From a virus (lineage: Duplodnaviria > Caudoviricetes), in the IMG/VR virus record IMGVR_UViG_3300025872_000041, positions 50,559 to 114,558 of that record: a stretch of DNA of 64,000 bases; one strand, 5' to 3'. Positions 47,908 through 54,127 of this stretch are shown piece after piece; the first letter of the stretch is position 1; each line of letters starts with the position of its first letter. The notes beneath the pieces are model-generated. The model saw nothing but the letters and a program-made list of their open reading frames with translations, searched no databases and was not told where the DNA came from. Position numbers and translations under genes: made by a program.

Positions 47908-49354
47908 AATACTAATTCTATTTATGATAATAGCTCTGTCCGTAAATGGGCAGAGCTTTATGTATTCCTACACAGATCCTTGTACACAGGAGTTAAAATT
48001 TATTAATGCCGATATGTCTAGTCCTATAGTAATTGCTTACTATGGACAGGTTAAAACATTCTCTTATACAGAATTACAAGATGGAACATTTGACAATTGG
48101 ATAAATAGTGTATATTTGAAGTATAAAAATACATCACCCTGTCAAGGAGTTGGAGTAACTACTACTACAACTACCACAACAAATACGACTCTAAACATTG
48201 TAAGCAATGTAATGAACTTAGGGGCTATTTCAAATGTTGGTAGTGTAAATATAGATGTAGGATCTAGCACCTCTTCAGGAACTAACGTAGGGACAACCAA
48301 TAAAACAAATAATAATGACAGTAGAACTAATTCTCGGAATCGTACTAGTAGTAGCTCTAGTAATTCTAATTCTTCTAGCAGCTCGTCAGGAGAGACTGGA
48401 AACGGAAGCAATGGAGGAAATCCACCAGAAAATCAAGGTGGGAATTCCGACAACACCAACCCCGGAAGTGGTAGTGGCAGCGGAGAAGGTAATGGAGGAA
48501 GCAGTGGCTCCGGCTCCAGTGGAAACTCCAGTGGTAGTGGAAGCAGTAGTGGAAACTCCCAAGGTGGAGGAAGTGGTGGTAGCGGAGGTAAAACCGAAGA
48601 AAAAACGCAAGTACAAGAAGAAAAACCCTCCGACCAACAAGTAGAAGAAACTAAGACTGAGCAACAAAAGACTCAGTCTAGTGGTACTGCAAAAGCAGCC
48701 AATAAAGCTAAAGCCGAAGTTGCTAAGCCCGCAATATTAGTAACTGGTGATTTAGTTGGTATTCAGACTAAGTCTGATGGAGCACAAGATGCAAGAGGTA
48801 CTGCCTCCTTTACAAGAGTAAAAGGAGATGGTACTTCTTCTCTTGGCTTTTCAGCCGATTACATGGTAAATGCTAAAATCGGTAATATCTCCTGTGTCCG
48901 TTCATGGATAGGAGCAAATAAAAAAGGCAACAAACACATTAGTGTTGTATCAGACGGTCTAAGTCTAATGCCTAAATCAATATCAAACACACTCTTGTTT
49001 GTAAGAGTGAACTCAGTTAAAAACTTTACAGCACTCTATGGAGCTGCAGGAACCTATGGTAAACTATTTGGAGAAGAGATGATTTCTACAATTGCTATAG
49101 GTGGATTTATGTACAAGGGTAAACTTACTAAGAGTATAGATGCTACAATTATTGCAGCTGGAATCTATTCTCCTTACTCTAAGTATTATACAGAATCTTT
49201 ATTTGAAGCTAAGCCTATTGTAATTCCTTTCTTTAACTTTACCTACAGGATGACCAAGACATTTGGTTTAGGTATTACAGGAGGAGGAACTTATGTAGCA
49301 GGACAAGATATCCTAAACTTTCAAGTATTAATGGGAGCAAAGTTATTGTTATGA
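47891..49354 (+). CDS. secreted protein with Thr/Ser/Gly linker and C-terminal beta-barrel-like domain
   Basis: Signal peptide SVNG|Q, a Cys pair in the N-domain, a long S/G/N linker, and C-terminal alternating hydrophobic strands ending 'FQVLMGAKLLL'. Confidence 0.65.
   Translation: MYLKTKILILFMIIALSVNGQSFMYSYTDPCTQELKFINADMSSPIVIAYYGQVKTFSYTELQDGTFDNWINSVYLKYKNTSPCQGVGVTTTTTTTTNTTLNIVSNVMNLGAISNVGSVNIDVGSSTSSGTNVGTTNKTNNNDSRTNSRNRTSSSSSNSNSSSSSSGETGNGSNGGNPPENQGGNSDNTNPGSGSGSGEGNGGSSGSGSSGNSSGSGSSSGNSQGGGSGGSGGKTEEKTQVQEEKPSDQQVEETKTEQQKTQSSGTAKAANKAKAEVAKPAILVTGDLVGIQTKSDGAQDARGTASFTRVKGDGTSSLGFSADYMVNAKIGNISCVRSWIGANKKGNKHISVVSDGLSLMPKSISNTLLFVRVNSVKNFTALYGAAGTYGKLFGEEMISTIAIGGFMYKGKLTKSIDATIIAAGIYSPYSKYYTESLFEAKPIVIPFFNFTYRMTKTFGLGITGGGTYVAGQDILNFQVLMGAKLLL
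48315..48644 (+). CDS. candidate overprinted single-TM protein nested in the linker of 47891..49354
   Basis: ATG in an A-rich context, N-terminal TM 'LILGIVLVVALVILILLAA', E/V/P-rich stalk, basic tail KPKKKRKYKKK. Confidence 0.45.
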   Translation: MTVELILGIVLVVALVILILLAARQERLETEAMEEIHQKIKVGIPTTPTPEVVVAAEKVMEEAVAPAPVETPVVVEAVVETPKVEEVVVAEVKPKKKRKYKKKNPPTNK

Positions 49355-50502
49355 GGTGGATCATTGTTTTATTCTTCTTTGCAAACTCTTTGCTTGGACA
49401 GTTTACCTACTCAGGTTATGTCTATAGTGCTAATGGAGGTGCTGCTATAAACGTTCCTGTAAAGCTTTATAAGAGGACTACAACTACATCAGGTAATAAC
49501 TCTACTTCTGTTAAAGTATATAGAACTCACTACGGTACAGGAAATACATCTCAGTATGCAACCTATCCCTCTACAAGATCAGAGATGGATAGATGTTTTA
49601 ATACAGGTTGGGCTGCAACTACCTTATGGTCCACTGTTACAATGTCTGGTAACTCTTCCTTAAACTTTGGAGCATACACAACATTAACATCAGCTGGTGC
49701 TTCTGTTCCTAGTAGTGGAGATTATTATGCTACTGAAGTTACTTTTACTTTTACTCCTGCAGAAACTGGTAGTTATTCTTTTGGTATGACTTCTGATGAT
49801 GGATCAGATTTGTGGTTAGTAAACACAGGAAGTATTATTGAATACTATGGAGGTAAAGGAGTAGGTACTTACAAATACGGTAGTGTGAGTTTAACCGCAG
49901 GTACTTCTTATACGTTTATTGCACGCATGCAAGAATACTCTGGAGGAGATGGATTATATCTTATCTGGAGAAGACCTTCGCAATCTGCACATTCTTATCA
50001 ATCTTCTGAAGTAGGGACAATAACTACTACAACCTCTTCTTGGACTTTAGATGCTACAGCGTATACTAACTCTTCAGGATACTATGCTTTCTCTAGAACC
50101 ACTACTGCAAGTACGCAATGGTATATACAAGTAGATGTACCTACAAGAATTCAGGCTTACACTAGCACAGATATTCAAACAGTATCTAATATTATCTTAG
50201 GTAAGTCTACAGTCAATGGATTATCTTATCACAGATTTGATGTTAATGATGACGGAAGATTAAACATTGCAGACAAGTATTATGTAGCTGCTAGGAAGTC
50301 AGGAAGATTTACTAGATGGAGGTTAGCCTCTGATGTAAGAATATTTACAGCTACTGAGTACAATACAATCTCTTCTTCTACTGGTAATGTGCGTACTACA
50401 TATCCAGGAATAACTACCTTCTCAACTTCTACTTTAACTAGTGGAGGAACTTTAAATCTATATTTAATAGCTCCGGGATACTCTGGAGCAGTAACCTACT
50501 AA
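49351..50502 (+). CDS. secreted PA14-domain protein with dockerin/EF-hand-like C-terminal region
   Basis: Signal peptide SLLG|Q. PA14 signature 'FTPAETGSYSFGMTSDDGSDLW...QEYSGGDGL.L.W' and Ca-loop 'DVNDDGRLNIAD'. Confidence 0.75.
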   Translation: MRWIIVLFFFANSLLGQFTYSGYVYSANGGAAINVPVKLYKRTTTTSGNNSTSVKVYRTHYGTGNTSQYATYPSTRSEMDRCFNTGWAATTLWSTVTMSGNSSLNFGAYTTLTSAGASVPSSGDYYATEVTFTFTPAETGSYSFGMTSDDGSDLWLVNTGSIIEYYGGKGVGTYKYGSVSLTAGTSYTFIARMQEYSGGDGLYLIWRRPSQSAHSYQSSEVGTITTTTSSWTLDATAYTNSSGYYAFSRTTTASTQWYIQVDVPTRIQAYTSTDIQTVSNIILGKSTVNGLSYHRFDVNDDGRLNIADKYYVAARKSGRFTRWRLASDVRIFTATEYNTISSSTGNVRTTYPGITTFSTSTLTSGGTLNLYLIAPGYSGAVTY

Positions 50503-50503
50503 C

Positions 50504-50965
50504 ATGAAAAAACTATTTATACTTTCCGCTTTAGTCATTATGATGACTTCTCTGAGTGCTCAATGCTACAAAGTTGACACTGTTTCTAACACTGCTACTG
50601 TAAAGTATTTACTAGACAGGCCTGTAGAGTTTGGTGCTAAGGCAACACTAGAAGAGTTAATCTCTGATAAATATAGTCTATGTGATTCCGGAAGTATTGT
50701 ATCTGGAGAGATTGTATCAATTGCAATGCCGGAACAATTACTAAATATTGTAGGATTGCAGTTTTTAAAGAGACAATATATTATTACAACTAAAGTTGTT
50801 ATTGATGGCAAAACCTATATGGGTACTGCTACTAAAACAATGTTTGTGAATGCCATGTTTGTTGAGGTATCTGGTATACCACATAACAAAAAGGTTTTTT
50901 ACAAGACTATGCAGCAATCCTTAAAAAATGCTGTATATTATATATATGGCAGCAACAAAAACTAA
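50504..50965 (+). CDS. secreted protein, possibly a distant CsgG-fold paralogue
   Basis: Signal peptide SLSA|Q. 'VEFGAKATLEELI' and the C-terminal helix 'KTMQQSLKNAV' loosely parallel 'VGLGFAESVLDYL' and 'KATRKSLETAC' in 47209..47907. Confidence 0.5.
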   Translation: MKKLFILSALVIMMTSLSAQCYKVDTVSNTATVKYLLDRPVEFGAKATLEELISDKYSLCDSGSIVSGEIVSIAMPEQLLNIVGLQFLKRQYIITTKVVIDGKTYMGTATKTMFVNAMFVEVSGIPHNKKVFYKTMQQSLKNAVYYIYGSNKN

Positions 50966-51092
50966 AAAAGGCGGAACTAGTTTAGCTAAAAGCCTTGCAC
51001 CTAAAAATGTAAATAAGAAAAAAGGTAAGGCTCATAAATCCGTTGGACCAAAAGCTACACCTGAATCAAAATATCGTGGTCAAGGTAGATAA
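50946..51092 (+). CDS. small basic protein, 48 aa (not in ORF track)
   Basis: Manual translation: MAATKTKKGGTSLAKSLAPKNVNKKKGKAHKSVGPKATPESKYRGQGR*. The YRGQG C-terminus is typical of small basic phage proteins. Preceded by the late-type motif at 50934. Confidence 0.7.
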   Translation: MAATKTKKGGTSLAKSLAPKNVNKKKGKAHKSVGPKATPESKYRGQGR

Positions 51093-51099
51093 TAATTAC

Positions 51100-51107
51100 T
51101 ATCTTTG
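51100..51107 (+). promoter_or_regulatory. Bacteroidota -7 promoter element (TATCTTTG)
   Basis: TAnnTTTG 5 nt before the dcd ATG. Confidence 0.5.
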
Positions 51108-51112
51108 TCAGT

Positions 51113-51646
51113 ATGGTATTAGCAGATTCTGAAATTTTATTGGAGCACGAGAGAGGTATGATCATTATCTCTCCTTTTAAACAAGAGTATTTAAATCCAA
51201 ACTCTGTAGATTTAACTTTAAACCCTAAATGTAAAATATATACGGGTAATACTTTAGACTGCAGACAACCTAATCCTGTAGAGGAATTTGAGATTCCTGA
51301 AGAGGGTTATGTGTTACAGCCAGGTGAATTATATCTTTACTCATGTAATGAAACTATTGGAGTAAAAGAAGATATCTGTGCTACAGTTATGGGTAAGTCT
51401 AGTCTAGGTAGACTAGGTTTAGATATTCACATCTGTGCCGGATTTATTGATTCAGGATTTATGGGATCTCTAGTATTAGAGATGCGTGTGGTAAAACCAT
51501 TACGTATTTATCCAAACATGAAGATCTGTCAAATCAAGTTTGAACGTGTAGCTGGTAAAATTCTCCAGACTTATGACAAAAAACCAGGAAGCAAATACCA
51601 CGGACAATCAGGAGTGCAAGAGTCTCTCATGCATAAAAACTTCTGA
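51113..51646 (+). CDS. dcd: dCTP deaminase
   Basis: 'LNPNSVDLTL', 'GKSSLGRLGL', 'AGFIDSGFMGSLVLE' and 'SKYHGQSG'. Confidence 0.92.
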   Translation: MVLADSEILLEHERGMIIISPFKQEYLNPNSVDLTLNPKCKIYTGNTLDCRQPNPVEEFEIPEEGYVLQPGELYLYSCNETIGVKEDICATVMGKSSLGRLGLDIHICAGFIDSGFMGSLVLEMRVVKPLRIYPNMKICQIKFERVAGKILQTYDKKPGSKYHGQSGVQESLMHKNF

Positions 51647-51758
51647 TTATTGTGTATTTTGTAATAGTAGGGTAGAGTATATTTTTGTACATGGTCACTA
51701 TCAGTGCCCGGTATGTAAACAAAATGCTATACCTTGCTGCAACGGAGAACAAGCATGA
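51573..51758 (+). CDS. small zinc-ribbon protein (start uncertain)
   Basis: CVFC...VHGHYQCPVC...CC; fills the gap between dcd and phoH. Confidence 0.6.
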   Translation: MTKNQEANTTDNQECKSLSCIKTSDYCVFCNSRVEYIFVHGHYQCPVCKQNAIPCCNGEQA

Positions 51759-52441
51759 CATCAAATTCACATGAAGATGAGGTCTTCAAAGCAAAAAGAA
51801 GGCCCAAGAATCCTATTAAGTTTCAAATAACTTTAAATGAGGAGCAGAAAAGAGCTAAGTCTCTGATTCTAGACAATCCAATAACTGTATTAAAAGGTAT
51901 GGCAGGCTCAGGTAAAACACTTGTAGCCTGTCAAGTTGCTCTTGATATGTTATTTAACAAAGAGGTTGACAAGATTATTATTACTAGACCTACTGTATCT
52001 AAAGAAGATATAGGATTCTTACCCGGAGACATTAAAGAAAAAATGGACCCCTGGTTAGCGCCTATTTATCATAATCTATATGGTCTCTATAACAAAGAGA
52101 AGATAGATAAAGAAATAGAGTTTGGTAATATTGAGATTGTACCCTTTGCATTTGTAAGAGGTAGGACGTTTGTAAATAGTTTCATCATTGTAGATGAGGC
52201 CCAGAACGTTACACACTCTCAGATGGAGGCTATTCTAGGTAGATTAGGTAAAGAAAGTAAGATGGTAATCTGTGGTGATATTGCTCAGATAGATCTTAAA
52301 GATAAGAAAACATCTGGTTTTAGTTTCTTAGCACGTATAGAAGAACATGTTCAGGGATTTAAGGTCTTTGCTTTATTACAGAATCACAGACACAGTATAG
52401 TTTCTCCTATACTAGAAGTATATAAGACCTTTAGTGATTAA
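51755..52441 (+). CDS. phoH: PhoH-family ATPase
   Basis: GMAGSGKT, 'GFLPG', 'RGRTF', 'DEAQN' and 'GD..Q.DL'. Likely start is the ATG at 51755. Confidence 0.95.
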   Translation: MTSNSHEDEVFKAKRRPKNPIKFQITLNEEQKRAKSLILDNPITVLKGMAGSGKTLVACQVALDMLFNKEVDKIIITRPTVSKEDIGFLPGDIKEKMDPWLAPIYHNLYGLYNKEKIDKEIEFGNIEIVPFAFVRGRTFVNSFIIVDEAQNVTHSQMEAILGRLGKESKMVICGDIAQIDLKDKKTSGFSFLARIEEHVQGFKVFALLQNHRHSIVSPILEVYKTFSD

Positions 52442-52442
52442 T

Positions 52443-52919
52443 ATGTATATAGATTTTTTAAAAGAGTATGAGCTTATACAAGGCTTGCTCAACAGGTTAC
52501 CTAGGGTAGATCCCCATGATACAGTGGTACTTAATGTGTCCCCAGATTATTCTTCTAAGGTAGCAATGGAAATCGCACACCATCTTTCTGAAGGAGGTAC
52601 TATGTTGGATATGATTGGAGTAGATGTTCCTTATCCTGGTGAGGAGAGAGATTACTATGAATTAAAGTTTAAGAAAGAGAGCACTGCATTACCTGTGTTA
52701 TATAATAAGATTATTTTAGTAGAAGCAGCAGTACTTTCTGGTAATAACTATACTTGGATAAAAGAGAGATTATTAGATAGGGGTTATGAGAATGATGATA
52801 TTATCACCATAGCTCTTACTGAGATGAATACTAGTATATTTAAATGTGATTACGTACAGGCTTATACAGATACTATTCCTGAATTCTATTGGGAAAGATA
52901 TAATAAACACTGGGATTAA
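52443..52919 (+). CDS. phosphoribosyltransferase-fold protein with degenerate PRPP loop
   Basis: 'KIILVEAAVLSGNNY' aligns with the PRTase 'hhhVDDhhxTGxT' loop; C-terminal 'FYWE'. Confidence 0.55.
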   Translation: MYIDFLKEYELIQGLLNRLPRVDPHDTVVLNVSPDYSSKVAMEIAHHLSEGGTMLDMIGVDVPYPGEERDYYELKFKKESTALPVLYNKIILVEAAVLSGNNYTWIKERLLDRGYENDDIITIALTEMNTSIFKCDYVQAYTDTIPEFYWERYNKHWD

Positions 52920-52998
52920 AAACTAGGCAGGACTTACATGATCTCAGCTTTCCATCCTGATCAACGCCTACTACCAGTGGGTTAGTGGTTACCTAGTA

Positions 52999-53286
52999 TT
53001 ACCAAATAATGGCAATGTCTTGTTCCCCAACCATAATCTTTATACCTTGATCATGCATGTCTACAATTTCTGCAGATTGTAAGGTATAGCTAGGGATATA
53101 TACTTTGTTTCCTACATTAACTTCAGTTACATCAGTGCCGATAGCATATATTTCTAATGCTGTCCATTTTTTCATAAGTTCAGCATCCATTTCTGCTTTA
53201 GCAGCTTCAGTTAATTCAATTCCAAAGGTTTCTTTGTGTGGTTTATTTAGTAAAATTCTTTTACCTCTTAGTTTAAATGTGCTCAT
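52999..53286 (-). CDS. groES: GroES-like co-chaperonin
   Basis: 'LRGKRILL...GIEL...IYAIGTDVTEVNVGNKV...V.EQDIAII'. Likely start is the ATG at 53286. Confidence 0.75.
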   Translation of the reverse strand: MSTFKLRGKRILLNKPHKETFGIELTEAAKAEMDAELMKKWTALEIYAIGTDVTEVNVGNKVYIPSYTLQSAEIVDMHDQGIKIMVGEQDIAIIW

Positions 53287-53306
53287 TGTTTTGGTTTTTA
53301 GTTTTC

Positions 53307-53363
53307 TAATCACTCTGTGTACTAGGAAACAGGCATAACCTAGTACACATTATTGAGTGATTA
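53307..53363. repeat. long inverted repeat in the groES leader
   Basis: TAATCACTC-TGTGTACTAGG / CCTAGTACACA-(TTATT)-GAGTGATTA: 20 bp with a 12-nt loop and a 5-nt bulge. Confidence 0.8.
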
Positions 53364-53385
53364 CTATGAAAATCAGAAGACAATA

Positions 53386-53393
53386 CAAATATA
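53386..53393 (-). promoter_or_regulatory. Bacteroidota -7 promoter element (TATATTTG)
   Basis: TAnnTTTG on the - strand upstream of the groES leader hairpin. Confidence 0.5.
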
Positions 53394-53394
53394 A

Positions 53395-53889
53395 TCAGTT
53401 TTTCACTTCTTCAAACAATTTCTTTGTTTTATTATAAATTTCCACTTCTTTCTTGTAGTAATCCGGATATGTATGCCAGTCTTCTACATTTCTAATAGCG
53501 TGTATAATAGTTGCGTGATGCTGATTACCAATTGTTTTTCCAATAAATTGGAGTGTTTTACCTTCTAATCTAAGTATATGAATAATCACATACCTAGGTA
53601 TAATGTAATCTCTTTTACGGGACTTACTTAATATCTCTTTAGCAGATACACCTGTTACAGAATGTAGTATATTACAAAGCAAGGGTACAACATTATCTGT
53701 TAATTCCTTTTTAGGTGAGAGAGTAATACGTAGATGTAATAGTTTTATCCCGTACTCTTTCTTTACCTTTTGTAACTCATTACTATATTCTTCCTTAATC
53801 TTAGTAAGTTGTTCTTCTTTTCTTCTAAGTGCTAATTTTAAATTATGCACCTGGATCTTTAATGTTTCTTTTTCATTCAGGATTGACAT
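53395..53889 (-). CDS. coiled-coil plus DnaA domain IV-like HTH protein
   Basis: 'ILSKSRKRDYIIPR...LQFIGKTIGNQHHATIIHAIRNV' matches the DnaA C-terminal 'RDHsTVlha' signature. Confidence 0.8.
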   Translation of the reverse strand: MSILNEKETLKIQVHNLKLALRRKEEQLTKIKEEYSNELQKVKKEYGIKLLHLRITLSPKKELTDNVVPLLCNILHSVTGVSAKEILSKSRKRDYIIPRYVIIHILRLEGKTLQFIGKTIGNQHHATIIHAIRNVEDWHTYPDYYKKEVEIYNKTKKLFEEVKN

Positions 53890-54127
53890 AAATCTTTTTT
53901 AATTTTTTCTCAATCTCTACTTCTATATCAGCTGTACCAGGTGGCTTTAGTTGTGGCCAAACCACAGTACAAGTAACAGATTGTTGTAGATGATCTATTC
54001 TAAGTGTGCATGAGAAAGGATAGGGTGTTAAATCTATCTCATCTTCCCATGCATCCTTAGTTATGTAAGTACCATTGTGAATAAAGACCTCAGTCTTGTG
54101 AATCGGTTGTTTTTCTATATTAATCAT
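53873..54127 (-). CDS. hypothetical protein
   Basis: ORF coupled to the polymerase stop codon; likely start is the ATG at 54127 (ATGA overlap). Confidence 0.55.
   Translation of the reverse strand: MINIEKQPIHKTEVFIHNGTYITKDAWEDEIDLTPYPFSCTLRIDHLQQSVTCTVVWPQLKPPGTADIEVEIEKKLKKIYVNPE

Noticed and set aside
48158-48600. Thr and Ser/Gly codon runs as a DNA repeat element
   Set aside because: Explained by low-complexity protein coding (and possibly dual coding); no exact tandem unit.
47209-50965. Complete curli operon
   Set aside because: No curlin-repeat subunits (CsgA/B) or recognisable CsgE/F; only a CsgG-like lipoprotein.
52922-52997. Pistol, HDV-like or hammerhead ribozyme, or tRNA, as the identity of the structured spacer
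   Set aside because: The - strand 'GGCGTTGATC...GATCATGT' resembles the pistol P3 region, but P1, P2 and the pseudoknot partners are missing. There is no CUGAnGA/GAAA core or cloverleaf. Kept only as an unassigned structure.
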